The translations under genes were made by a program, and so were the position numbers. Positions 38,117-50,045 of a stretch of DNA of 64,000 bases are shown in pieces; within the stretch, counting starts at the first letter, position 1, and each line of letters opens with the position of its first letter. The notes beneath the pieces were generated by a model, which did no database searches, was not told the DNA's origin, and saw only the letters and a list, made by a program, of their open reading frames with translations. The stretch is from Basidiobolus meristosporus CBS 931.73 (taxonomy: Eukaryota > Fungi > Basidiobolomycota). The stretch is taken from positions 1 through 64,000 of the forward strand of contig MCFE01000466.1 in assembly GCA_002104905.1 (NCBI GenBank). Direction: 5' to 3'.

Positions 38117-40339
38117 CTACCCCCGGTCACAATTGGTGGAACCCCCTCGAAGAACAGGCGAGGGTGAAGATAAGGCTGGGCTCAAGTTGACAAAATGCAT
38201 TGGTTGGTTTGGGCAAAATTCACTCGACTGTAAGCCAGCGATGCTTTTTGTCTGCGAAGCTGTTGGATAAGGTGAATATTGCGCATGTGGCTTACAACGA
38301 TATCCAACTGGCACTTTGACCCCAAGTTGCTTGGAGGTCGCGGAGTCAACTGAGCTTCTGACTGAACAGCTACGCTGCTTGCTTTCGCAGTGGGCATGCT
38401 GCTTCCGAATGTTGCTGATACATTCACGAACATACTTGATCTTGCCGATCTGCATCTGTTGGACGAGTGGGAACTCACCTGTCTCGAGCTGACGAATATG
38501 ACCCCCGGTAGTTGCTGTAGAAGAGCATTGGATTGAACTGGCACGAGATTCAGATTGTACGCAATTTGCAATGGAGCGTTTGCTGCAAACGGCTTCGGTA
38601 GTGGCTACGCCAATTGATTGCCTATTTTGCTGGCAGATGCTACTTGGTTCTAGAATCTTCTCTGAGGTGCTGCATGCAGTCGATACATTGTCTGAATGTA
38701 CAGAGGCTCTCGATTGAGGACATCCAACGCCTGGCTTGACAGGGTTGCTGCACGCAGTGTTAGCATTAGATTCACCACTGAATTGCGCGACAATGCCCGA
38801 CTTCATCACTGACAGGCCACTCGAATCACCACCTGCTGCATTCGCAGCCTTCGCAGCCTGGCTGTGATTAATATAATTAATCAACATCGAGGACCAGCGT
38901 GCAAACACAGTTGGAGGTACGAAGAGGCGATAGTCAATCAGGCGTAAAAAGGCAATTTCGTTATGGTTGATCTCAGACGAGCTCAGCCCTGTGATCTTTG
39001 CCCAGGCCTTGTTGGAGTAGTTTTTATCCTGCAAAAACTTGGAAGCAACAATGAGAGAAGCAAGAAACATTCTGCGAGCACAATACACGGGATCCAGGGA
39101 GGTAGAGTGGCATTGCTGATTCCCCTTGTTTGCCGAGGCCGAATCTTGACTACCAGGACCATGGTTGATCACTTGGGCTGGAGTCAGGGGTGGAGATGGG
39201 AATGGAAACCCTGTGGTGGGCAAAGCAATCCCGTCAAGGCCAATATCAAACACCGAGATGACGGGGCTCATAGGTGGGGATGTTTGGCCCATCTCCTTGG
39301 TTGCCGAAGAAAGACCGCCAGAACGTGGTATCAGATCTTTTACACGAAAAAGATAGAATAGCGCAGTCTGCAGAGTGGAGAAAGACGTTCTGGATCTCTG
39401 CAATGTTTCCCGGATGAAAACTCGGAGTGGGAGAATTTTCGTCTTTGTGGAAGCAGAGTGGTTCGGCCAAATGGATTCGATGATCATGGCAGCAACATCT
39501 GTTGTTCGGGAAGCGTGGAAAAACCGAGATATAAAGAAAAACAAAAAAATCAGCACCGGTTCTGTGAGCTATCATCAAAGTCAATGGCTAGTGCCTCAAA
39601 GTCTGTGCACGAATCGAAGAGTGAAAGGTGAAAAAGTGAAGTGTATGTGTGTGGCCGAAAAAAAATATGGGACAAGGGTAGCCATGACTTCTAAGCTTGA
39701 TAGCAAAGCTTATATCAAAACACTCTCTCAAACGTCACGTCTTCGATTAATCATGGAGAAATAGGTAAAAGTATAGAAAAATGGGTACAGAAACCCTTCC
39801 AGCAAATATAATACAGAAGTGCACAGAACAAGAACTCGATGGAATGAAATTACTAGTAAACAGAACTCACCGACAAGAGATTCCACAAAATCAGCTTTGT
39901 TACACTTCACAGAGCCAGGAAGCTGGCCGCTTGGTGTTGGAGGGCATGACTGAGGCTTGTGATTCTGACGTGCAGCTTTGGGGAGCGTTTCGTGAGACGA
40001 GGGCGCGAAGTTGTTTGTCTGAGGAATAGGTTTAGTTTGAGGTTGTCGTAAATATCCCGGGGGAGCGTTGATATTGAATGGTGTGACAGTATTTTCCTCG
40101 AACGATATTTTGTCTTGAGTGGTGGAAGGGTTTTGGGAGAGAGGCGGAACTTCGATATGTTGTTGCGGTCCACTCAGAACCCGGCTGTCGCCGCTCCCGC
40201 AGAAGGCCGCTTGGCGGCGCAGGAGGGGAGCGGAATCGTTATTCCAGTGCTGAGTTTGTCCAGTCACCAAGGTATATCCTGTGGGGAAGTTTTGCGTTTG
40301 CATATCGTAGGAAAAGGCGGGCTGAAAGAAGAGGTTCAA
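38117..40339 (-). CDS. Pho85-family cyclin (Pcl5/Clg1-like), paralogue 2, long N- and C-terminal tails
   Basis: KADFVESLV|DVAAMIIESIWP joined by intron 39870-39499. Then RETLQRSRTSFSTLQTALFYLFR and CARRMFLASLIVASKFLQDKNYSNKAWAKITGL. Confidence 0.9.
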
Positions 40340-41904
40340 ATACTTAAAGTCTTACTGAATCTTATCTTTCAAGCCTATATGAGAAATGTGTGTGAAAGGG
40401 AAGAAAAGGTGGGAGAAAAAACGGTTCAAAAAATACTTTGTCAAGTATTCAAGTCTGTAAAATCGCTAACGAACAGTTAGCAACGTAGGAATAGAAGGGA
40501 AGGTGGGGTGGTCAAGGGACTTTTTCTTTTTTTTCCAAGAGTCTTAGTAGTGCGAAAATAGGTAACGCTGAATTACCATAAAAAGTGGGTAATTGAGTAG
40601 AGAAGTGGTGGTAGATGTTTCGTAAAGTACGAATCTCTTTGTTGGACAGAACTAATATAACCTTTATGGTTTTAACACAAGCAGTAAGCCATCTTCGTAC
40701 TTTGATACTATAGTTGTGTGTTACAATAAAGGCCTGAATAACAGAAAAGAAGGGTAAAGGGGAGAATTCGTAATTAGTTATGGAAAACAGCGAAGAAATT
40801 TGGGCAAGTGAAGGGTGGACTGAAAGTGCGGGTATTTGCTTACGAGTAGCGAACACTAGCACCAAGATGAAATAGTTGGCAAAAAAATAGCACGAAAGTT
40901 CAACAAAAGAGCGTTGCTAGAATAGCGAAAATTTTACCAAGCTAACTCAAGTCAAGCTAGAGCTAGAGCACGAGTTAAGAGATTCAATAAAAAAATCAGC
41001 CGATTCGAGGACTCAGCTATCCAAGACTGTATGCGCAATTTTCATTTCCGAAACAATCAATCAGAGACGCAGCACTTAATCATGGCATCTAGAATTACCC
41101 CGAATAACTGCTCACTTCCTGGCAATATTCTCATGGAACTAATGTAAATACAATGAAACATGTTTAGAATAACTCGATGCTGCAGTTTTTAAGTACAATA
41201 CTGGAAGCTAGATTAATTATTCGTGTGGGTTGGTGGGCTATGCCTAATGATTGGCCACCACCCCAGCTCTCATCTGATTTGTCGAGGCCTCCAATAGGCC
41301 ATGGGATGACCAATTTATTTCACAAGCGATCCGCAGCAAACGAATGATCTCGTTTGACACCGCTTTCGTAGGCTCCAGCAAAGGAACAATCCATTTGTGC
41401 TACTGGTGTCCATACCCACAAGTGTGTGCTGGTGAGAGAATTTTCATCCGCTGCGGTGCAAACATCTGCTGATTAATTAGCTGAACCGCCTTCAAATTGC
41501 TTGATCTGCCTGCGGACGGGTGCTGCGGACGGACGCCCCTGTCATATCGAGGGGATGATTGGGTGGTGGTGGATGTTGCGTGAGCCAATGGGGCAGATGC
41601 TGCCTTGGCATATGAATCAGGAATTGATGCACTAATATGTGTCTAATCCAATCCACCTTGCTCTTTGAGTGGTCGACGAAGCCACGCAACGTATGGTGTT
41701 CCAAAGACAGGCAGATAACATCCAACAACCAGCATATAGTGACAGTGGCATTGTGCCAAGGGGGAATAGGCAAACTAGCGGCCGTGATTATTAATTCAAT
41801 GTGTATGAGGGACGATTAGTGTTTGCATCAATGCCTGGGTTGCGGGTGGGTTTGCGAGGGGATTTACACAGAAGGGGTCAAAAGTTGCACATCCTAAGTG
41901 TGAC

Positions 41905-42606
41905 CTACGGTGTGAATGGTTGCTTCTTGCTGGGGGAGAGTAAAAAATCGACCGAGCATTTGTTGCTCTTGGATGGGTGATTGATCTTGTTCTTGGGATA
42001 CGGGCTGAATCGTGATTTGCTGGGGTTGGCCGGTTGAATGCGATCTCTCCTGATTGTTGGGGACCACAATGGACGCAGGATTTGTTGAGCGTTGGTCAAG
42101 GAGGCGAGCAATTTCGACCATTGACGAAAAATCGAGTCCGAGACAAACAGGCGATGGTCTATCAATTCCAGGAATGCAATCTCCATGGAATTCACCTCAG
42201 ACACACTGGTATTGGTGATTCGGGCCCAGTGGGAATTCTTGCTATTCTGATCCAGAAGAAATTTGCTCGCCACCATGATCGAGGAGAGCAGCATCCGACG
42301 CCCGCACTTGCAATGGTCTGGGGTGCCCTGTTGTGAAGATTTGTGTCGGCTTGCCAGCTTAGCTCTCAAGAGATAGAGTAGCGCGGTTTGAACTGATGAA
42401 TGTGCCTATAGATACCAATTGGGATTTCCTGCAGCTTGAGTGGTTTGGCCAAGATAAATCAAGAATAGTCACCACTACGCCTGAAATTGGGCTTAGTAAA
42501 GGGAGAGCAATATCGAGGGTGACTGGTTACCGATCGTACTATCAACCGCTTGTTGGTTCACAGATTGCGAGTGAGATATCAGAGCAATGATTATGAGGCT
42601 GGTCAT
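41905..42606 (-). pseudogene. Pho85-family cyclin paralogue 3 with internal deletion and frameshift (probable pseudogene)
   Basis: ATG 42606, intron 42530-42481, then VVVTILDLSWPNH...TFI. The conserved RETL.RSRTSFSTL segment is missing and QTALLYLLR...CGRRMLLSSIMVASKFLLD continues in another frame. Confidence 0.65.
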
Positions 42607-42844
42607 TTAGTTAAATATAGGATAGTCCTTCTAGGCCGGTTATGTAATCTGGCCATGACTAATCCCTCGAATGGCATTATTGATGAGCCATAGCGGGCCG
42701 TAATAGGCAATGGCAAAGCAGATTTGGTTGGAATATGTGTATTAGGTATGAATGTTTGCATCCACAATATACATGCAGCTGGTGGTTCAGTATTTACAAG
42801 CGGCGACTATGAAATACAAGTGACAAGCGACAGGTGGCCCGGGA

Positions 42845-43834
42845 TTATTTACGGAGAGTGGCGGTAAGCATGTCAAAAGTTCTATACGAGTGGGCAGATT
42901 CAATGAAAAGGAGATCACACGTCCCCAGCACGAATAGCAGCTTCCTAGCCTTGAACGAGTGGTGATCAAAATGTGGAAACATGTGAAGGATCTGTTTGGA
43001 GTAGGAGTTCTCCTTGGCGAATTTATATGACACAATCATCAGCTCGCCATTGAGCAGGTTGTATAGGGCGATCACTCGTTTGCTTTCGTCAATTGCGCAC
43101 AAGTCGTAATGCCTATTAAGGGTGAGTTTGGGTGTGTTGTTGATCACGGAGAGTGGGATGTTTCGGATGGTATCGTGGTAAATCTCGGTGCAGTTCGTAA
43201 GGAAGTTCTCGATGACTATCAAAAGCCTCTTGTCGCTTAGCTGGAAAACCTCAGACACGTTGTGTGTTCTGGGGTTAATGTCTAGCACCATGGAGGTGAG
43301 CACTTCATCATCGTGTGCCGAGGAATTCCAGTTCGCAGATTGGAATCGCGAGCCGCCAAGCAGCTTGGGCTGGGAGAAAATAAGCTGTGGACAGGTGCGG
43401 AAATCCTGAGAGTGCTGAACACCAATAAAGATGGCCTCTTCGTCTATATGACTCAAGGTGGAGAAATTGCTGTGCTTCCTGGTACGACAGTATATAGCTG
43501 AGTGATCAGAGAGCGCCGAGCACGCACTGCTTTTACGTGATTTAGGGGGGCTAGGGAGGAAACTCAGTTCTGAAGAGTTGGATGCCCAGCTGGACTTCCT
43601 ATATCTTTGCGACGGGCTGTGTTCGAAAGCAAAGGGGTCGAAGCCAAGGGAGTCGGTCTCTACGGTGGGGATATCCATCGGAAACCTGTAGCTCTGCTGG
43701 GCAGGAGTGAGCCCATTCGTAGGTACAACAAGCGTCATGTTGGACAGTAGAGCGATGGAACAGATTACTGGGAGATAGGTTATTCTTGCGAGCGCTTCAG
43801 GAGGAACACGAACCCATTTATATGCAACAAGCAC
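42845..43834 (-). CDS. Uncharacterised 329-aa protein (Ser-rich linker plus beta-rich C-terminal domain)
   Basis: 990-nt stop-free ORF in CpG-normal DNA with globular composition in the last ~150 aa. True start uncertain. Confidence 0.6.
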   Translation of the reverse strand: MLVAYKWVRVPPEALARITYLPVICSIALLSNMTLVVPTNGLTPAQQSYRFPMDIPTVETDSLGFDPFAFEHSPSQRYRKSSWASNSSELSFLPSPPKSRKSSACSALSDHSAIYCRTRKHSNFSTLSHIDEEAIFIGVQHSQDFRTCPQLIFSQPKLLGGSRFQSANWNSSAHDDEVLTSMVLDINPRTHNVSEVFQLSDKRLLIVIENFLTNCTEIYHDTIRNIPLSVINNTPKLTLNRHYDLCAIDESKRVIALYNLLNGELMIVSYKFAKENSYSKQILHMFPHFDHHSFKARKLLFVLGTCDLLFIESAHSYRTFDMLTATLRK

Positions 43835-44683
43835 CCGATCATTGATCCGCTCGTTAACATCTATTCATTGATCCAAAGCCTCCTGAGTCAACAGGTTGGT
43901 GGAGGGCACAAGCATAAGCTGAAGCTATTGGTGGATTATTAGCTGGGACGCGTTAATGCCGTAGTGATTGTTACATCATTGCCCAACGAATATATTGTTT
44001 CCTCAAGACAAAACTTTGTGGCATAAATTGGTTAATTTGAGTGAATTCGATTCATTCATTGATTCTAAGAATGAGCCAAGACCTTCTTCATAAAGGTTGA
44101 ACAGGGCATTGTTATGTCTCACAAGCCCGATCATACTGCCTAACTTGATACTAATTGAGTACGAGTCAAACACACCAAGGAGTACAAAGCAATGCTAGAG
44201 TCTTCACACCAAAGCGATTGTGTACCGACAATCAAAATAGACACTTGACTTATTACCATTAATATTCATCCATTTAAATAGACACTTGACTTATTGCCAC
44301 TAATAGGATCAGCACAACAAACATTCCTGTCTGAAATCGGTCATTATCAAGTGTCACTATGGCATTGTCTAGTATGGTCTCTTTAATATGATGTGGATTG
44401 TGTGCAACTCGATGTTGCCGACATTTTCTGCATCTGGTAGAGTCTCCATTGGCTCGATCATAATAAATGGTGTAACGATGAGTGTCGGTAATGAATCATT
44501 TCTATGCCGTTGTAGCTCAGCAGCGGCTTTGTCGTGCTACCAAACTTGCTATTTGCAATACACTCTTAGCCCATTTCATGATCAGCTTCTTGCATTCCTG
44601 ACGTATTACAGCGATACTAAGTTTCAATTCCGGTATCAATTTTCGTCTACAGTATGTAAGGTGATTAAATTTGAATGAAGAGA

Positions 44684-44804
44684 AGCCACCCCTTAGAGGC
44701 GGCACAAAAAATTGTGCAACTCTCTTAAATGCTTCCCCTCCACGGAAATCTTTAGTAAAAGGCGAAAGATTTATCCGACTAGATGAAGAGGAAGCGAGAG
44801 TGAT
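44684..44804 (-). ncRNA. U5: U5 spliceosomal snRNA, type I (copy A)
   Basis: Invariant loop I GCCTTTTAC within ATAAATCTTTCGCCTTTTACTAAAGATTTCCGTGGAG; Sm site AATTTTTTG; 3' hairpin; CATAAAA about 30 nt upstream. Confidence 0.93.
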
Positions 44805-45143
44805 GGAGTTTGTCGATGTCTTGCATTTGGATTTTATGGACGAGGTCGTTGCAACAAAATTATGGGTTTCCTTTTACTGCAGCGTTCCATAGAAAACTAT
44901 GTATGTTACGTGATTTCAAATTGCTCACACCAACCAATCATAGAAATGTGTTTTTTCTACATGCTGTATTGAAAGTTTCAGACAAAGATGCCAAACATAT
45001 TGACTGGTTTATGAAAAGATGATGTAGACGAAGCTAATGAAGGAACTGAATGTATCTTTCCGAGGACAACATGTCGTACATTCAGCTGACCCTTCTAATT
45101 ACTGGATTATTCTTTTTCTTGTCTTAAGCTTTGATTAAATGGA

Positions 45144-45267
45144 TGCCACTCACAAGGAGCAGCGAGTGAAAAATTCCTCAACTCTCGTAAATGCTCCTCC
45201 TCCACGGAAATCTTTAGTAAAAGGCGAAAGATTTATCCGACTGATTGAAGAAGAAGCGAGAGTGCGT
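45144..45267 (-). ncRNA. U5: U5 snRNA, type II (copy B)
   Basis: Loop I and stem Ic identical to type I; compensatory changes in stem Ib; Sm-like site AATTTTTC; different 3' hairpin. Confidence 0.88.
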
Positions 45268-45870
45268 AATGCTCCTCTTGCACCTCTCCTCCCTCCATTT
45301 ATACCATTCACCGAGAGATCGGTGGAGCTTATGGGTTGCCACGATTTTTCTGTTCCCTTTCACTTGCAACCTCGCCCCCCCCCACACATGCATCCCATCT
45401 ATCTGCACCACCTGTCCATATCACCCCCGCCCCGCCCCATATTGAGTAATCGATAGGTAGCTGCATAGATCCATGCCATCAGCATGGACCACTTAAAGTG
45501 AGGGCATGGCCTCCTTTTTGCATTGCGCCGTGTCAAGTTGGGCAGCCAAACCGAATCAAACTAGCAATCGTAGTGGCGCTCACACCTGCAACCTCTAGTT
45601 GCATACAGTTGCATAGAACATCTCATCACCTCAATCGCACCGCACTGCACCACACACCCCACTCCACCCCCTTCTGACCACCCAACATTTGACGAGCAGA
45701 GTACATTGCATCAGCCATTCCGGTTGGCAGTGTCCGTCACTAATCGAACACACACCAACAAAGCCAAAGTTACGACTGAAAGCATACCCGACCATGTTCC
45801 CAGCTAAACAATCATACAACAACCCAACTACCGAGTTCACATTCTTTCATTTCGATTTTGAGTAAAGAGA

Positions 45871-45992
45871 AGCCACCTCTGAGAGGCGGCACAAAAAAAT
45901 TCGACAACTCTCTTGGATGTTTCCCCTCCACGGAAATCTTTAGTAAAAGGCGAAAGATTTATCCGACAAGATGAAGAGGAAACGAGAGTGAT
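45871..45992 (-). ncRNA. U5: U5 snRNA, type I (copy C)
   Basis: Loop I, Sm site AATTTTTTTG, 3' hairpin GCCGCCTC/GAGGTGGC, and a TATATA box about 30 nt upstream. Confidence 0.93.
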
Positions 45993-46127
45993 GTGGGGGT
46001 AGTGTGGTGAATTGGGGGCTATATATCGCCACGGATCGGCCCATCAGAGCTTATGGTATTGGGATTTGCAATTTCCGAGTGCGAAAAAAAAGAACGAAAA
46101 TTTGATAAATAAAAATATGAGCATTGC

Positions 46128-48896
46128 TCAAGACTTTTGATCTATATTTATATCACAGGTGATGAATTCCACCGCATTCAGAAGGCTTAGACGGCTCAGG
46201 CTTTTGGGATGTTTAAAATTATCCGGTATCTCGCCACCGAGACATTCGACGTAGGTTTGGTATTTGATTAGTTCATGGAGGATGTATTGGGATTTACGTT
46301 CCCAGTTGGAGAATGCTTTGGCCATACTGCTTGGGAGGGAGGAGAACTGAGGGATATGGTAAGTGAGTGCAGGACTGGATGTGCACGGATGAAAGAAAAC
46401 TTACGCGCATCTGCAGAACTGCGTGTAGGCTCATATGTTTCTCGAGGTCTTGTTCCAACTCTGACACATGTCTTGCTAGGGATTCGTATTGTTGTATCTA
46501 TGTACCGCGATTAGCATGGGCGTTATTTACCCCGACAAAGATATTTACCATGGGTAGCCCCGATTGGACCATGGGGTTGGCCGGTTCCGCCCAATCATGT
46601 AATCCGACGGCTTCCTCATGTTTACCACCCGCCGATGGTGGCGGCATTTGGTCAGAGCCCCATCCGTAGTCCACATTTGACACCGCACCAGACAATGGCT
46701 CCTTGCTTTCTTTGGCAGCCCAGAAGTTACATGTTTTGACCCACTCCTGAACCTCATCGCTGCTTCGTACTTGAAACAGATACACTCCGCCATTGCTCAT
46801 TTGTAGGGCGAATACGTGCGGCCTAGAGCTGGAGTGGCCGGGAGGAGGGAGGCCCGAGGCCAACGTATGGCGCAGGCTAAGTCTTCCCAATTGATTGTTC
46901 GTTTCTTTCAAGACTTCGGGGCCAAGCTTCCCTCCCTTCTCAGCCTTGTACATCCGAAACTCTCCTTTGTCTACCACAATGAAGCAGTCCCTCCATTGTC
47001 GGTTCGGGGCTTTTTTCCCGGCTTTTTCGAACAGATGTTTCCGTGTCACATAGCCCAGCTTGGTATATCGAACGCTCTCTTCGTCAATTGTACACAGCGT
47101 GACCCCGTTGCGGACGGCCGAATCGTCCTCAACGTCACTGTATACGGTGGAGCAGCTTAGCTGGGTGGAGCTTCGGCAAGAGGCATCCTCATTCACCTGT
47201 AATACCATGGGATCAGTTGGCAAGCTGTGACGGATGGGGTATCAAAGCTACATACACTTGAGGGGCTGGAGCATAACGAGTTGTTCCGTTTCTTATCCCT
47301 GTTCGATTTAGATCTTTGGAACCTGAAGCCAAAAGTGGAATTGGTTGGGCTCTCTGAGGTCGAGGTGGTGGTTGGTTGCGGGACGGGGGTATGTTTAATT
47401 GAAGTGTATAGTTCCTAAAGCGAAACATTCATTACTCACGGGTTCCCCCGGATCAGGGATACCCTCGAGCTTACCTTCAGCAACTCGGTCAAGGCTTCTT
47501 CTCGGAAGAAGGGCTTGCTGCTTTGTGTTTGCTCTGTATCGCTGGAAGTGTGTGCGGAGCTCAAGGAGCTGACCTCGGAGGAGCTTTCATGGTCCTTGCT
47601 CACCCGGTTGGTGGATTTAATGGTGGCCAGCGTGTTTCTGACGAAATGGTTTTTACTGATCCTGTGGTGATTCTGGGCCACATGGAGGTCCGTATTCAGC
47701 AGCAGCACCGAGTATACAATGGTGTGAAGCACGTCTGTGTCGGAACATTTTAATCGACGTGTTTTGCCAATGGGATGCAAAATTCGTTACCCCAATCTGG
47801 TATATTTCGATCCCGATTGCACAGCCAGTATCGCTCAGCGAAGGCGGACAGGATGCGATCAATCATCTGGGACTCCCCATGCAATAGCAAATGGGAGCAA
47901 AAATATCTAAACCATTGAAAGATTCAGAACAGGGCGATATTTGTGGTCCTTCCAGTCAAGGCTTACCTAAACGCCTGCTCTAACCTCATGCCAGTGAAGT
48001 CAAAGTTTTCCATATATTTACGCAAGACGACCCGGTTCCATTGCTCACTTAAACCTAACAAAGGTTAATTTCCTTTGGCGAGTTGACCGTAATGAACGTG
48101 GGTACTGACGGTTTTCCCAAGATTTCGGCAATCTCACTCATTTGGCTTTCCTCGGTTTGTAAGAACAATTGCTTTGCTAGCTTGTCCGACTCATCTTCAC
48201 TCTCCGCTATCTCCATATTGATTGCTTCGGCTTCAACTGGGATGAAGGCCAAGGGTGGCGCTGGCTTGGTTAGACTTGTCTTTCCATTTTTATAGCTAGG
48301 AGCTCGTTGAAAGCGGAACAGACTGCTTGCTCTTCTTTCTCGCTTTGGCTCAAGCAAATGGGGAAACATCTCAGTATGGAAGAAATTCGAGGAGGATTTC
48401 TGCACCGAGCATGGTTGTTCCCGAAAGTTAGTCGCCATATGGGTTCCTTCTGTATGGTTCGAGTTAGCTGCAACACCAATGATTTCTTGAATAAGCAATC
48501 GGGTTTTATCGACCTTGCGCTGGGGAATCTCCGCTACTTAGCCAGCAACTTGAGCAAAGTATTTTGATTACAATACTTGGCCAAATGGTTAGTATCAGAA
48601 GTGATATAGCGATGGGAAATGCGATGGGTTTATGGAAAGGAACGCAGGCAAGGAAGGATGGTGGTATAGATTAGAAGAAAGAGTTGAAATATGGTTGCTA
48701 GATACAGTCTTCTTCATGAATGTTCACTCCTGTCGATCACATAAATACTTATTCCGTCCCAATCCATCAGGCTTGTGTATTTTACCGAAGCCAAAATAGA
48801 AAACATAACAAGGTTCTCCAAGGGGGTGCGGATCAATAAGACCTGCAGGCGATTAGTGGAAGGGACCGTTGGATGTCGATTATTTTCTATGGCCAA
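46128..48896 (-). CDS. Sec7 + PH domain Arf guanine-nucleotide exchange factor (EFA6/Yel1/Syt1-like), multi-exon; start uncertain (ATG 48896 or 48438)
   Basis: Sec7 motifs ESQMIDRILSAFAERY and LHTIVYSVLLLNTDLH. PH domain KLGYVTRK...RQWRDCF...LRHTLAS...RPHVFALQMSNGGVYLFQ...EWVKTCNFWAA. Confidence 0.88.
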
Positions 48897-49193
48897 CTCT
48901 CAATGTTGTTGAGGAACCATTGATGTGAGTGATATTTGGCTATATTGGCATAGAATCCATGGTTTCTAGATAGGATAAGAGCATACTAATTACCCCCGCA
49001 TGAATGGACGGATCATTCAACATAGGGATGGGATAGCGATGCATTGCTGAAATTGCTTCTTGCATCGATTTTATTGTAATTTGAATCGCCGGTCAAAAAT
49101 TCCTCTATTCATTAATTCTAATACTTATACCATAAGCTCTGGTGGGCCGATCCGTGGCCATATATAGCCCCCAATTCACCACACTACCCCCAC

Positions 49194-49315
49194 ATCACTC
49201 TCGTTTCCTCTTCATCTTGTCGGATAAATCTTTCGCCTTTTACTAAAGATTTCCGTGGAGGGGAAACATCCAAGAGAGTTGTCGAATTTTTTTGTGCCGC
49301 CTCTCAGAGGTGGCT
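49194..49315 (+). ncRNA. U5: U5 snRNA, type I (copy D)
   Basis: Loop I GCCTTTTAC at 49235-49243; Sm site; 3' hairpin; TATATA at ~49161. Confidence 0.93.
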
Positions 49316-49921
49316 TCTCTTTACTCAAAATCGAAATGAAAGAATATGACCTCGGTAGTTCGGTAGTTGTATGATTGTTTAGCTGGGAACATGGTCGGGT
49401 ATGCTTTCAGTCGTAACTTTGGCTCTGTTGGTGTGTGTTCGATTAGTGACGGCCACTGCCAACCGGAATGGCTGATGCAACGTACTCTCCTCGTTGAATG
49501 TTAGGTGGTCAGAAGGGGGTGGAGTGGGGTGTGGTGTGGTGCGGTGCGGTGCGATTGAGGTGATGAGATGTTCTATGCAACTGTAGGCAACTAGAGGTTG
49601 CAGGTGTGAGCGCCACTACGATTGCTAGTTTGATTCGGTTTGGCTGCCCAACTTGACACGGCGCAATGCAAAAAGGAGGCCATGCCCCCACTTTAAGTGG
49701 TCCATGCTGATGGCATGGATCTATGCAGCTACCTATCGATTACTCAATATGGGGCGGGGCGGGGGTGATATGGACAGGTGGTGCAGATAGATGGGATGCA
49801 TGTGTGGGGGGGGGGCGAGGTTGCAAGTGAAAGGGAACAGAAAAATCGTGGCAACCCATAAGCTCCACCGATCTCTCGTGAATGGTATAAATGGAGGGAG
49901 GAGAGGCGCAAGAGGAGCATC

Positions 49922-50045
49922 ACGCACTCTCGCTTCTTCTTCAATCAGTCGGATAAATCTTTCGCCTTTTACTAAAGATTTCCGTGGAGGAGGAGCATTT
50001 ACGAGAGTTAAGGAATTTTTCACTCGCTGCTCCTTGTGAGTGGCA
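49922..50045 (+). ncRNA. U5: U5 snRNA, type II (copy E)
   Basis: Loop I intact; TATAAAT at ~49886; site AATTTTTC abutting hairpin CACTCGC/GTGAGTG. Confidence 0.88.

Larger units (their letters stand above)
45123..46059. repeat. Left arm of ~0.94-kb inverted repeat
   Basis: High-identity reverse complement of 49127-50066 throughout. Confidence 0.93.

Noticed and set aside
45139-45456. Duplicated small protein MDATHKEQRV... (also 49733-50050 and 44671-44892)
   Set aside because: These ORFs are the antisense strand of U5 snRNA genes. Their conservation is explained by the RNA and the inverted repeat.
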